Source: Lama guanicoe
Lineage: Eukaryota
Direction of reading: 5' to 3'
Assembly (NCBI GenBank): GCA_013239625.1
Contig: MU057102.1
Coordinates: forward strand, 248,001-312,000
Length of the DNA stretch: 64,000 bases
Shown here one piece after another: positions 1 to 13,221 of the stretch. Under the pieces are notes generated by a model. It was not told the DNA's origin. It did not search any database and saw only the letters and a program-made list of their open reading frames with translations. A program made the translations under genes and the position numbers. The first letter of the stretch is position 1. Each line of letters begins with the position of its first letter.

Positions 1-279
1 TATTTGAAAAATCAGTCAGTGTAATCCACAATATTAACCATCTTGGGCACATCTCAGGGGTCTTATCTGACTGTAGGACTCCAGTCCCAGAAGTTACCTG
101 CCATATGATTTTCATTTACATGACATATTTGAAAAGATAAAGCTGTGGTGCCAGGAGTGGTGCACCAGGGAAGAGCGTGAATGAGATTGGGGGGGGGGCG
201 CGACAGCAGTGTTCTCTGTCTTGATTGTGATGGTGGCGGCTTCAAGACAACTAGTGAATGACTCAGTCAGTCAGTTAGG

Positions 280-720
280 GTACTTTGGATCCAGGATTTC
301 CACTTCTAGGAATTTATCCTACAGATGAATTAGTGTGTAGGTAAAATGATGGCTGTATAAGGGTATTGATTGCGAAAGATTGGGAGATTACAAAGAAGAT
401 TGGTTACAGAGATTGGAGACCATCTGAATGCCTGGCAGTAAAGAATTGGCTAAATCCCTGAATACAGTGCGGACCTTAAAAAAGCAAGTTGAATAACCAT
501 TTGTGTATCAGTGTGCTCTGTGTGCATAAAGATACATGCACATGCTTGTAAACGCAGTTACTATATCAGGAAGGCAATTTACAAAGCTAGTAATCATAGA
601 ATTGCTTCTGAGAGGGGGACCTACTTGGGGGTGAACTTGGGGGAAGGGGGACCTACTTTGACTGTAACACTCTTTTGTACGTTTTGAATTTTATGTTCGT
701 GTCTACTCTTAAAATTTTTT
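280..720 (+). mobile_element. Old L1 (L1ME/L1MC-like) 3' fragment
   Basis: ttccacttctaggaatttatcctacaga hallmark and L1ME-like tail. Confidence 0.55.
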
Positions 721-2028
721 TCTTAAAGTGTGCAGAATGATGTTGAGGAATTTGGGCAAAGGACAAGATAAAGCCAGAGCCTAACGGATACCCCAGAATA
801 CAACTCACAGATTCTCATGTGACTCCTAGAGGCACACTACATACAGATTTGACGCTGAGCTTCCTAGTGGCTGGAGCAAAGAGGGGAGCTATTACACAGC
901 TGGTAGCGATCCAGAGGAGAAAGCTGAGCCTGTTCTGGGAGCTTTGGCTTGTCAGGGTGGTAGGTGATAGCCTGTTTGTACAGGATCAGGACCTTTGGGT
1001 TGAGGATGAGTCTGTTAGGAGATTATCTCACAAGTGTCTAATCTCTATTAATTTTGGAGTTTAGAGAGGCAGGAGGTTGAGTACATATTAAATTTCTACA
1101 TGATGCCTTTCTGGAAGAGAGGGGAAAGGGAAATGGCAGTGTGGTCATTAAATTCGAACTTTGTTTTCATTCTATGGATAGATTGTCTCCTACCGTTGTC
1201 GTGGTAACAGTTAAGTTATTCTGAGAAGTTTAACTCTCTTACCTCAGATGCCTCAATGTAAGCTGAAATTCTAGTGCATAGTGCTTAAGGTTTGCTTATT
1301 TTTCCTAATGTGGAAGTGATACATTTCCCGCTTAGTCTGAGAGGGCTGCATTCTGAGCCCACTTTGAGCCTACCCATGTGACTCCCAGGAAGAGAGAGGA
1401 GTTGGAGACAGGAAACGCACAGATCTTTACTGGGACTCTAACGACACTTGGGGCCAGAGGGGTCACGGGTTTGGGAAGGCAGGGGGCCAGGGAAGGACTT
1501 TGGGGTCAGAGAGCCCCTTGTCTGGTCTTGGTCCTGTCGCTCACAGTCAGTTGTGTGGCCTTGGGCTGGCAACTCTGCCCCTCTGAGCTGTGATCTCCTC
1601 CTCTGATAATGCCCGTCTTGGGAGGGCTCCGTGGGGTCGAGCGCAGGTGTCCAGGGGCAGCGGTTGGCGGCCCCTGGGAGCTCAGTGAAGGTCAGCGGTT
1701 TCTCTCGCTCTAGTCTCCCCTCATGGCTACACCTTTACTCTCATGGGTGGACAGAATTTTAAAAAACAAAACAGAAACTTTGCTGCAAGCATGTTCAGTT
1801 TGTCTTGGAAATTGCAGTTGGCAAAATCAGTCTTGGACTCCATCTGAAATGGCTTAAAATTGTTTTCTCCATTATAAAAATAGTTCATGAAAAAATACCT
1901 GTAAAACACCCAAATGACAGAGGTAGGCAGAGGCAAACAGGGACGCTCTTCACCCGAGACTCCACAGCCCCTTCCCGGTTGGAGTCTGACAGGCCTTTCT
2001 CTGAGCCAGGTTACGTTTGAACACGTGT

Positions 2029-2097
2029 CACTCGTGGCCATACATTTGTGACAGAATGTGCACTCGTGGCCATACATTTGTGACAGAATGTGCACTC
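2029..2097. repeat. Perfect 32-bp tandem duplication (~2.2 copies)
   Basis: CACTCGTGGCCATACATTTGTGACAGAATGTG x2 + CACTC. Confidence 0.95.
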
Positions 2098-2139
2098 CCC
2101 TCTGCAGTCGGGTGGCCTGTTGTGCAATCTGAACCAGAA

Positions 2140-2500
2140 AGGTGCATTTCACGGACGTAGCTGAATCGAGGCAGCGTCCTCGGGAGACTGGGGAGGTGGC
2201 CTCTGCCCTTCCCCGCGCAATTTAACGTGTTGGTATGAAAACACGAACAGCCAGAGAAAACCTCTTTCACATTGATCTAATTCCCAGTGAAAGACTGAGA
2301 TTTTAAAGTATTTTTTAATCTCTAAGCACTGTGGGCGCGGCAGGGGAGACACTTCTTGGGCCTTGCAGGGGTCGCCGGGCACCGGCCGGCCGGCTTGTCC
2401 GGGGCTGCGGTGCACGGCGCAGGGCTCGGCCCGCGCTCCCGGGGAGGCAAGCCCAGCAAGCGCCCCCGTGGGACTTGGGGGAGCCTCGGACTGGAGGGGA
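2140..2500. promoter_or_regulatory. Small CpG-rich element in TBC1D14 intron
   Basis: Local CpG enrichment (esp. 2330-2490) against a CpG-depleted background. Confidence 0.4.
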
Positions 2501-2934
2501 GCAAGGCTATTCACCTTACTTTCCTTTGTTTCCTCTAAACCTTCCTTTTAGTTACTTGTCTAAGTTGAACTCAGAATGTTACTTACCATCTTGGTGGCGT
2601 GTGTAATCACTTCAGGTGGAGTGTTCCCTTTGTCGCCAGAAGCTCCACGGTACCCCTGAATTAATGAGCTACATTTGTTCCTTGGTCTTATGCCTGGGTC
2701 TGATAGCTAATGTGGCCTTAGGGCCAGAAAGGGGGCACTGTTTTGGGAAACTGAAATCTTGGTTCAGAGGCAGCACATCAGGGGAGTTGACAGGAAGAGG
2801 CTCTGGAGCCAGGCTGCCTGGGTTTAAATCCTGCCCTGCCACTGACCAGCTGTCACCTGACTGGGGAGGTTACCCCGAGCGTTAGTTGCTGTATCTGGGA
2901 AGAGACGGAGGTGGGGGAGCTGATGCTGATGGTG

Positions 2935-3165
2935 CCAGTATTTGTTTCCAGTTGCTCCTATAATAAATAACCACAAAACTCAGTGGCGTAAAATGACTTA
3001 TTCTCCTATAGTTTGGAGGTCATGAGCCTGAAATGAGGCTTCCAGGCTAAAACCAAAGTGTTGGCGGGGCTCCGGGAGAGGATCTGTTCTTTCTCTTCCA
3101 GCGTCTAGAAGCCGCTGGCATTCCTTGCCTTGTGTTTGCATCACTCCAGCTTGTTTCCATTGACA
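2935..3165 (-). mobile_element. MLT1-type (ERVL-MaLR) LTR fragment
   Basis: ataaccacaaaactcagtggcgtaaaa...gtgttggcggggc...tctagaagccgctggcattccttg resembles MLT1. Confidence 0.65.
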
Positions 3166-4539
3166 CATTTATCTCCAGGGCCTAGAACAGTACCTGGCTT
3201 CAGTGGATCGTTAAAACATATTTGTTAAATGGATGAATGAATGTCAAAATTTCAAAACATACCACTTTGTAGACTTTATACTTATCTCTATGACAACATA
3301 GGCATTTCCCCATATCATTAAATATTCTTGCATGATCTCATTTTTACTCACTAAGTCATGGCCTTTCTGTAACTGTATCATGATTTCCTTAACCAGTCTC
3401 CTAGACTGGGCCCTGAAGTCCTGACTTCAGTAACCTTTTGTTCCTGTGAAATCTGTGGTCTGTAGCAAGGCTGGGTTCAGCCTGTCTGTTAGGACGCTGC
3501 ATCAAATCACGCCGTCTTTCCTCCTTGACCTCAAAGGGTAGAGACAACAATGTTGTAGATTAGTCAAATAAGCAGATAAACCCAGCGTGCTGCCGGAGGT
3601 ACAGGAGGCCTGGGGGTGAGCACTGGTTAACTCAGAAACTTCAGGAGGAAGAATCCTTTACAGGTGGACGAAGATGGAGGTAAAGTCTAATGCCAGCTCA
3701 AGGTAGAGAAAAGGCTCTGTTAACTTATCTTTTTTTTAAGTTTCAAAATGTAGTAAAAGTCAACCTGCCATCGCATGGTATAATATACAGTTAAAACTTG
3801 GTAAGTGGTACTCAATTCTAAAATACTTGCTAGAACTATTGTTAAAGTAACTTGCAGGTTACAATCTGCCAGAAGAGATAAGCAGTGTGTTTTGGTGAGA
3901 TCTTAACATGTCTCTCTCGTATTCAAGTTCAGTGAGCATGTGGGCCAGCTGCTAAGGCATGTGCAGCAGTAGTCGTTGGTGGGGGGCATCAAGCGGCTGA
4001 GAACCCCACCCCTCTGTGAGAACGGAGCTAACTCCCTTGCAGCTGTAGGAGTTATTTTCAGAAAGTCACCAGTAACCCATTGGGCCGGTCAGCTTTTGGA
4101 AACCTCAGATTTCTGTCATAGGACCAAGCACTCCAGTAGTGTAGTAGTTGTCTGTCTGCTGATCTGGGAGAGACTCGAGGGCAAGGACCTTATTCATCTT
4201 TATTCCTGGGGCCAAGCACCTAAGTGCTCATTTGGATGGTTGAAAGCAGGATGGACCAGTGATGGATTCCACAAATGCTGAGTGTCCCCTCTGTGCCGTG
4301 TACTTTGTTTGCCTTCAGTGCTGAAAAGTCTGTAGCAAGTCCCCACACGTAGAGGTTCTGCAGTCTCTTGAGGGAAATGAGTGTTAATCAGAGTTGTGAG
4401 TAAGTGCTGCGAGGAAACAGAACCGGACGCTGGGAGAGAGACCGACAGGGTCTTGCTATAGTCTGCATGGCAGGGCAGGGAGCGTTTCTGTGGGGATGAG
4501 ATCTGAAGGATTCATTGCCAGCCTTCTTACTGGTTTATT

Positions 4540-4990
4540 CCCCTAGTGAAGAAGAATGTCAGACCTACAGAAAGGTTCAAAGAGTAATTTAACGATGAAC
4601 AGCTGTACGTGCTCCTCTCAGACTGAACAGTTGTTGACATGTTGCCACATTCCTTCTTATTGTGCCTCTTTCTAGCTTTAAAAAATGGAATCATTTGACA
4701 CTAAGCTGCAGATATCATGACATCTTACCCATAAATACACCAGCATACAGCTTTCTACACAACCATGAAGGTGCTATCACACTTCAGAAAATTATCAGTA
4801 GTTCTGTAATAGCATCTGACCATGATAGTGTGCAGACCAGGTTCATGCCCAGATCATGTCCTACTTTCCCTCACTGCACCGCACTGCTCTTCATGAACCG
4901 GCATCCAGTCAGGTTTGTGCGTTGCCCTCAGTTACTTGTGCCTTTGTTCTCTTAACATAAGTTATTCTACTATTCTTTTCATGACATTTA
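4540..4990 (-). mobile_element. L1MC-like fragment
   Basis: Resembles an antisense L1MC4/5 3' region (aatcatttgacactaagctgcagatatcatgacat). Confidence 0.5.
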
Positions 4991-5469
4991 CCTTTTCTTA
5001 GGACCGTAAAAGATTCACTTAACACATTGAGCAGATGTGTTAAGTGAGTCAGTTAAATGAACCACTAAGATGGCAAAATTGATTCCAAAGGCATTTGAAG
5101 AACTAGGTATTTATGGGCATAAAAGCAAAAAAAAAATTAAAATAAGGTTGCTAGGTTAGATGTAAACAAACAAGCAAACTCCTAGGGATAAGAAAACGTA
5201 ATCTTTGCAGTTATCTTTTCCATTGGACATAAACCCACAAGGTAATATGTCACGTAACAGTTTCTGGGCTCTAATCGAGTGGTAATAGCACAGCACATTC
5301 TCTTAGAGAATTACATACACCCGAGGCAGGCATGCTAACAATGCCCAGGGATAAATTGAAAAGACACCCCTCCCCTGTGCTTTTGTCTTATTTCCACATT
5401 TTGAATGATTTTTCTTAACAAGGCTTTCCCTAATACAGCCAGAATCAACCTCTCCCCTTTAATCCTACT

Positions 5470-6100
5470 ATTTTTTTTTAAATTGCCTTATACCATAAAG
5501 TTCACTCATTGTATATGTTCATGATTTTTAATAAACTTGTACAGTTATGCAACTATCTTTGCAATCCAGTTTTAGAATATTTTCATCACTTGAAAAAGTT
5601 CCCTCCTGCCTGTTTGCAGTGGCTCTCCGCTCCCGCCTCCAGCTCCAGGCAAACATTAATTTGCTTTCTCTCTAGAGATTTGCTTTGTAAAGAAATTTCA
5701 TATAAATGGAATATGCATATTATCTTTTGTCTGGCATGTTTCATTCAGCAGTGTTCCTGAGGCTCACCCATGTGGTGTCCATGTGGCAGCGAGTATCAGT
5801 GCCCCTTTTCATCGCTCTGTAGATGCTGTTTATCCAGCCCTCACTCAATGGGTTTTTGGATTGTTTTTGGTGTGGGCTATTATGAATAATGCTGCTGTGA
5901 ACATTTGCATGCAAGTCTTTTTGTGGATGCATTTTTTTAAATTTCTCTTGGGTAGGTTCCTAGGAGTGTGGTAGATGTATATAAACTATGCAAGAAACTG
6001 TCAGATTCTTTTCCGAAATGGGTGCAACTACCAGTGACTTACAAAAATTCCAGATTCTCCACATACTCAACATCACTTGTCATTGCTTTCTTGATTATAG
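5470..6100 (-). mobile_element. L1M (L1MB-like) 3' end
   Basis: Poly-T start; gctattatgaataatgctgctgtgaacatt hallmark. Confidence 0.8.
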
Positions 6101-6809
6101 CTTGTTGGACATTGTAGGCTTCTGAGTGAAGAAGTTTCTGATGGCAACCTTGTAATGCTGTTATCTAGAAAATCAGCTGGAGAAAGCCTGGTACTCATCC
6201 TCTGGGGACTGGTGAATTTCCATCACAGGAGAATCCCGTGTTGTCTCAGACCATTTGTTCAGCCCTTGGACATTGGACCCATGGCTGGCCTGAAATAAAT
6301 TTGACCTTATACAGATTTTAAAGACTTAAAACATTGAGATATGATGTACAAACTGTGGCGTGCTCTCATCTGCAGTAAACTATTCAATTAGCTTTGATGA
6401 ATGCTTATCAAGATAATATTTTATCGCCCCCTGTACAGTTTCTAATGCCCCTTCCCAGTCAGTCTCCCAGAAGCAGTCACTAGTCAGATTCCTCCCATTG
6501 TGTGTTTTCTGCGTGCACCCTGGCGTTTTGATTGGACTGATCTTACTGTGGAAAACACGTGAACCGCAGTAGAGTATAAGGAAGAGAGTAAGATTGCTCA
6601 TAATCACCCCACTCCCCAGAGGTTACCAGTGTCAACATTTTCTTGTAATTCCTTCTGGTTAATACGCATGCTCTTTAAAAAAAAATCTCACAAAGCAGAG
6701 CTTTGGCGTACGGTGCTCGGTGTTTCGCTGCTCGTTTTTGGAGCGTATGTTTTCAGGTACGAAACGTGTGTGCTGAGAACGCAGCACATCATGCTGAGTG
6801 TGCGCATTT

Positions 6810-7320
6810 AGGCCGGCCCGGTTCGGAGCGGGGCTGGGCATCGCATCTCTAGACTCCGCGCCTGCAGGGGCTTGTCCAGTGTCCTGAGGGCGCCGGGCGC
6901 TGGAGGGACGCCCCCCACCCGGGGCCGTGGGGAGCCGGGGTTCGCGCGCCAGCCCCGCCCCGGGCCCGCCCCGTTGCCCAGCGTCCCGGCGAGCCAGGCC
7001 TGACGCGCCGAACCGGAGTCGCGGATCGGCTGCGCGGCATCTGCGCGCGATTGAGCGGACTGCCGCCCCCGCCCGCCGGAGCCGCCGCCCGAGGTCCCGC
7101 CGCGGAGCCCCGCTCGCCCGCCTGGGCATGGAGCCGCCGGCCGCGCGCCTCTGAGCCCCGTGGCGTTCATGGTGAGTGGGGCCGGCCCGCCCGCGCCCTC
7201 CGAGGGGCCTACCCGCCCATCGCCGGCCCGCGGGCCCCTGCGTGGGTGCGCCGTGTGCATGTGTGTGTGTAACATGCCTCCGTTCCAAGGAGCTGAAGCT
7301 TGCATGTACCGCGGTGATGC
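6810..7320 (+). promoter_or_regulatory. TBC1D14: CpG island / internal alternative promoter of TBC1D14
   Basis: Very dense CpG/GC stretch with GC boxes (CCCCGCCC ~6953 and ~7066) and a canonical donor ATG|GTGAGT at 7171/7172. Confidence 0.85.
7169..7171 (+). CDS. TBC1D14: Start codon at the end of the alternative first exon (short isoform; the only coding nucleotides of this exon)
   Basis: TTCATG|GTGAGT; the phase-0 donor matches the phase-0 acceptor at 13222; the spliced CDS totals 1242 nt = 413 aa + stop. Confidence 0.8.
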
Positions 7321-10300
7321 TCCCTTCTCCCTGCCATTCTTTGTCTGTGATTCCATATAATTTCCTGACAGGGTTGAGTTTTAACGGGCGCAGTGGGAGA
7401 CTGAAGAGAGAGAGCCAGCTCATCCTAATTCCTGTCTCCCAAAATGGGACTGCAGCCTGTCTTCAGATTGAGGTCAGGCCAGGCTGGGCACCCCTCTTAG
7501 AGGCCTAAATGGCATTCATTGCCCGAGATCCTGGGGGGAATCCTTTGTACGGAGATGAGGCTGTACCCTGTTTGCTCCACGTCCTAATAAGGTGGTCAAA
7601 TTGCAGCAATAACCAGCCTTATTAAAACCCACGGATCAGTTTCAGTGCATTTCATTCACCAGTAGACGGATTAACTTCTGTGTTCTAGATGTATTGTAAG
7701 GAATGTGACAATTAGAAAGGCCTCCCGAGAGTTGCTGTCCCAAATGCCAGCGTTTCCGGTACCCTAGAGAGTGCAAAGACTTCAAGTATGAGGACCCCTC
7801 CTGGGATTCTAGGGGTCCTTCTTACTGTGAGGTCAGCCTCATTGGTCCCCAAGACTGCAGTCGTTTGGAAGGCCAAGCGTTTGTCAGACCTGGTCAGGTC
7901 CCTCTTCTCTGCTAAAAATGGCCACACAAAACACATCTCGTCCCAGATTCTAGAACAACGCCCCTCTCTCCGCAAAAGTTGCTTGTTACAAATGACAAAG
8001 TGAAACCAGCTGCACACTGGGCACTTCACTGTCAGTCTTCACAACCGTATTAAGTGCCCCTCTTAATGGGAAATACCGCAAAAAGTAGTTTTGTAGTATT
8101 TTTGTAGTAATACAGTGACAGTAATACTCCCTGTTATTTTGGGGGGCACCTGCTATGTGTATTATATTAACTCACTCTTATTTAATAGAGGAGGAAACGG
8201 GCTTGGAGGGGTGAAGGGATGACCTCAGGGTCGTGCTGCTGGTGTTGATTGTCTGGAGGTGATGGTTAGACCCAGGCCTGCTGCCAGCCCCCAGTGCTTC
8301 CCCTGCAGGGTCTTCAACCTGGGCCCATGTGGTTGCTGTGTTGTCACTCAAATTGATTCCTGTCAGTCTTTTAATAAGTATCACGTGGTGACCTGCCATG
8401 CTTTATTCCAGACGTACCTCTAAAACCCTCTGGTTATTTTAACAGGCTAATCTTGATGCTGTTGAGTCAAAGGCTTAAGCACAGGTTTTCACTGATGACC
8501 CTTTCTCCTTGTAGCTGGCACAGATTCCCAGGAAGCCAGGGGGCGTTGCTGGCCACATTTGGGTGTAGTTGGTTATCTCTTACAACACTCTTCCAGTTCT
8601 GGACGTAGCCCTGACACCTCTCTTGTCGTCTTACCAGGAAGTCTTCCTTTTCACTGTTTGAGCATCTTGATCTTTTCTCTTCCTCTTAAACAAATGTCTG
8701 TCGAGGTAGGCTTCTTTTTTTTCTTTTTTAACTGGCAGATCTTCCGCTTAATTTAGGATCTGATGCCGTATCCTCATCTTCAGCACTGCTCAGATCATGC
8801 ACACGAGACAGCGCTTGCCATCGGATGTGTCTCAGGGCTCATCACACCTCACACTGTTTACTTTCTGGCTCTGCACTAAATCTCCCTGTCCCCAACTCCC
8901 ACTCGCTCTTGGCTTGTCCCACCAGCACTGGGTGGCTTGTTATTGAGACCATAAAATCTAGGACCAAAAGGCTTTGGCTCAGCATCATTCCCTATTTAAA
9001 GTGCTCCTGCTAACCCACAAACAGGCCTGCCCACCGTCATCTCTTGGCTGCTACTTGTACTGTCAGGGTGCCTCTCCCTCATGGTTCCAGCGCAGACCTC
9101 CCCTGTCCTTTATCTGCTCGGATGGCACCCTTTATGAGATGCTTTCTGTGATTCCCTCCAGCCATTAGGCGTCCTGTCCCTGGGGCCCCTGCAGCATGTG
9201 GCTTGCCCTCTTGTGGCATTTTTCATTATCTAACTTGGTCTCATGGCCTCTGCTGGCATCTTAACTGCCCCTACTTCAGTGAGCCCTTCAAGGCTGGGGT
9301 CTGCAGTTCTCCTAAAGTGCCAGGCCCCAGGCGGCTGCTTCACAAATGAGGTCCTTTCCCTCAGGTGGAGCTGAGACTGTTCAGCTGCCCTGGCTTACTG
9401 CTTGCTTACTGCTTTTTCCCAAAAGCCCACACCCAACAGCTTAGCCCCTGGTTGGGTTCAGTAGGTTTGTTTGTTGCTGTCTCTCTGCTGTTGGTCTTAT
9501 CTTCCCAACAGGATACGAGATAAACTACTCTGGGCAGGGACTGTGACCTGTTCTAAATTAGTGGCCTCCAAAGTGTTTTTAACACAGCCCCCCAACTCCC
9601 ATCCCCAGTGTTGGACAATTTAGGTTGAGACAGTGCTCATAAAGGCGCAGCTGTAACTAGGTATAGAACTGAGACAAACTCTTTCCTGTGTAAACTCTGT
9701 TTTTTTATTGTTTGATTGAAAAAAAAAAACAACGCTGTCATGACCATGTAAACCGATTTGCCAGGAGAACTTGGAAGGGCCCTGTTCTAAGTTCCCTGTG
9801 AGGTTATGCAGGGTGTTGGGATATGCAGCAGAGGCTTGAGCAGGCAGTTTATACTGATTAGCCCGCACGCAGGGCTTCTGGTGAGCACAGCAGTGAATGG
9901 TAGTGTTACTTGGTTTAAACCAAGAGACTTCCAAACTTGATCCCAGGAGGGTCCTGAGAAAACAATGAGTTGTACTGCGGCTAGGACCGGGCTGCCGCTG
10001 GCCTGACACCCAGGAAGGAAAGACTCGCGCTTTATGGGCAGTTACGGCGTGTCGCATAATCACGGGAGTCTTTGCCCTTCCTCCCGTTTTATAGCAGAGA
10101 GAGAGGCAAGATGGCTTGCCTCGGATCAGAGCTAGGACTTAGAACTAAGTCTTTTTGATCCAAAGCCCCAGCTCCTGCCACATCACACGTGGACCCCAGT
10201 GTTGATCATTCATTCACAGCTGAAAGTTGTTTTTACAGAGACTTCTTATCCGTCACTGTACTATCCACCTGTGCCCCACTGCCCTGGAAAAAGAGGATCC

Positions 10301-11374
10301 TTAGAGTGAATAAGTCCTCTCTTGTTCCTGAAGTCGGTTTGTCTGGTCTAGAAGACGAGCTCCGTGCTGAGCCCTCTGGCTAGCTCTTTGAGGACACCTC
10401 TGGAGTAGGACCTGTAACAGTTTCCAGTGCCATTCACGTTCTGAAATGCCATTTACAATTTTGAAAAGGCTTTTCTTGGGATTTCAAGTATGGGCAGGCC
10501 AGGTCTCCTTTAATTTTTTTTTTTAATCATGCAGTGCTCTATGTGATTAAAACATAAGCATTTGCCCTGCATCTGCACTTAATTCACTATTACGGGTTTG
10601 TGTCATAGTTAAAGCTTTGTTTGGACTTGAGTATGAATGATGGAATTAGTCTGGTTCAGGAGTTCCAGTGAGCCTACGGGAAGCAGTGTGGCTGCAGAGC
10701 TCGGGTGCTTGGCTTCTGGTCCTTCTCCTCCAGCCCCAGCCTGGCCTCCGCCTTCCCGGTGGTCTGTGCCCTGGGGAAGTGGGGACGATAGCGGCTCCTC
10801 CCTGGGAGGGCCGGTGTAAAGGGGAGGTTGAGCCTGCTTGGTGTGTGTAAAGCCCTCAGAAAGTGCTTGGCCCTGACCCTCTGAGCTCTAACTGAAGAGA
10901 CTGCTTTTAAATCACAAATCAAGGCATTTAATTAAGATTGCTCCTCCTTTTCCTATCTGTGCAATTTACAGACTTCCCAGGGCCCCTTGATGGTTGTTTG
11001 GCCCTAAAGTGTTTTTTCTGCCTTGCACAGTTGTTTCAGGTCTAGGGGAAGCAGGGCCACCCTGTGCAGAGCGCGTCCTGGGCCCACAGGCCACGCTGAC
11101 CGCTTCCCAGGCCCCGGCTGCTCCTTAGACAGCCCTCCCTGGTAGTGCTGTTCCCCTCCTGCAGGTGCGGAAATGCGGCGCAGGGGTTTTCTAAGCCAGT
11201 GCTTTGGTGGAGGTCGCAGCTGGTTCTTGGTGGTTCTGAATTTGCTCCCAGACCTGTCTGGCTCCATAGGCCTCACTCAGCCTGTGTAGGACTCGGCCTT
11301 TTCCCTGTAGAGTTGCACACCTGTTTGAGTGTATCTGCGGGGGGTGGGTGGGGAGCAGGGCGGGCCTGCTCGGA

Positions 11375-11550
11375 GTGGCAGAGTGGGGAGTCCTGCAGGC
11401 CCAGCTCCTTGCTGACTGTGTACTTGGGGGCAAGTCACTTCACTCTGAACCTCAGTGACCCTTCCTGTAGAATCCGGTGACACTTGCCACGGAGGTTGTA
11501 GTGGAAATAAAATGAGATGAAGTGTGTAAAGCACACAAGAGCAAGTGGGA
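11375..11550 (+). mobile_element. MIR SINE
   Basis: ggcaagtcacttcactctgaacctcag...aaatgagatgaagtgtgtaaagcac core. Confidence 0.7.
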
Positions 11551-12649
11551 ACAGACATCACACTCTGGGGCACCTGCCTTGGGGGCTCAGCATCTTTGGT
11601 CTTGGCATGTAGCTCATTAGAACGGAGTCAGCTGGAAGTAGCGCCTTACAGGACATTCACTACCAATTCTTGTTAAAATGCAGTGTGCCTCAGGCTTTCT
11701 CAGCACACAACTTTTTGGTAGATTCCCTATAAAATTTAAGAGTTTACCGTCAGGTACTAGATGTGACACTTCCTGATGGCCGCTTGGTTCCATATTGAGT
11801 TGCAGCTGAGTGCCTGGCGCATGCAGGTGCTCAGATGTAAGAATGGATGAAAAAGGGAGTCCATCTTCTCAGCCTTGGGTAAGTGGAGGTCATTTTAGTG
11901 TTAATGGAACCATTTTATGTCAGGGTAAACAACGTTAAGACAGCTAACCTTGTACGTCCGGATGTACAGAAACTGCCCCACCCGCCTGTTTCTCGGTGCA
12001 CTCCCTTCTCACAGCCTGTGGATTTTGAAGAAATAATTTTTCCTTTTAACTTCTTAGAAGCCTAGATAAGCTTCTCCGACTGAGAAAATAATTGCTTGCC
12101 GAATCATTTTGCCAGTAACATCTCTCTCGACAACTGGTGTCAATAAAATCCATTTAGCGATTCATCACTTCCACCCTGATACTGCTTATATCGTATCTGG
12201 AATGGTTATTTAAATCGGAGGATAACTGCTCATTTGTCTGTCCTGTCTTCCCAGTTAGGTCGCCTTGCCTTAGGAGGGGTCCTGAGTCTTGGTAATAAGC
12301 AACAGGAAAATACTGGGTTTTTTATTTTTGCCAAGGGCTGAGGGTGTACGCACAGCCACACACAGCTCCCCGCACACAATTTCAGAAACTGGACTCTTTG
12401 GCACAGGTTGCTTGGCTCTCCTGGACTCTGCTGGTTGGGTGTTTGGAATGTGGGTCACCAGGTGTGACCGAGGGTTTGTGGTTGCAGTCCATAGGAGAAA
12501 TTAGTGGCCAGTAGTACGGAGGCTGCTCTTAGAGTTCCAGGGCATGGCATGATTATTTATGCAAGAGCTTGCAGTGATGGCTTCATAGAAGGATATTAAA
12601 GAATTTCTTTTTTAAAGTTTCTGGTTTAAGGAAATTGAACAGCTTTAAT

Positions 12650-13070
12650 CATTTTCAAGCAAAAAGTTTTCAACCCCTTCCTCATTTCAGACAAGATTTA
12701 AAGGGCTAACAAAAATATATAAAATGTTGTGGGATAAAAGGAAATGCATTAGAAAGTTAGAATGAGAGTGCGTATATGAGATAAAGCCAGGGGGTCAGAT
12801 GAATGCTACAATTGACTGTCACTCAGGCTCTGAGCTTCCCAGTGGCCACTGCAATAATCAGTTAAAATTTACAGTGTCCAGAAGACAGAAAACACACCTC
12901 TTACTGGAAGGACCATTGGAGACCTGAGATGATGTTTGTGCGCCCTTATAAAGGGGCAGCTGGGTTGATGAGGTCTTTAGTGACTTCCCTACCAATGTGG
13001 GAGGCCCTCGGTCCTCACACAGTGATGGTCTGGGCTGTGGAGCTGTAGGACTCCCTTCACTGGTCGTTTT
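12650..13070. mobile_element. Ancient mammalian repeat, possibly L4_Mam (RTE-X); a related fragment lies at ~760-1100
   Basis: Both regions share AGATAAAGCCAG and CTGAGCTTCCYAGTGGC in the same order. Confidence 0.35.
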
Positions 13071-13221
13071 TCCTTCTGAAGGGCATGAAATATTTCAGTG
13101 CCTCATCCTCAAAATTGGCTTAAAGGACGTCATAACAAAACAACTTTTTTCCACTTTCAGAAGTGCGCCGTAATATCAGAATTGGCTGGGCCTGGAATCA
13201 TCCCTGCTTTCTTTGTCCTAG

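Noticed and set aside
2029-2097. 32-bp repeat as a CRISPR-like unit
   Set aside because: No spacers, only two adjacent copies, and a mammalian intron context
6659-7423. 254-aa and 182-aa - strand ORFs over the TBC1D14 CpG island
   Set aside because: Arg/Gly/Ala/Pro-rich ORFs typical of stop-depleted CpG islands
13161-13169. Possible 9-nt microexon (AAGTGCGCC|GTAATA)
   Set aside because: Weak donor, and the following intron would be only 52 nt
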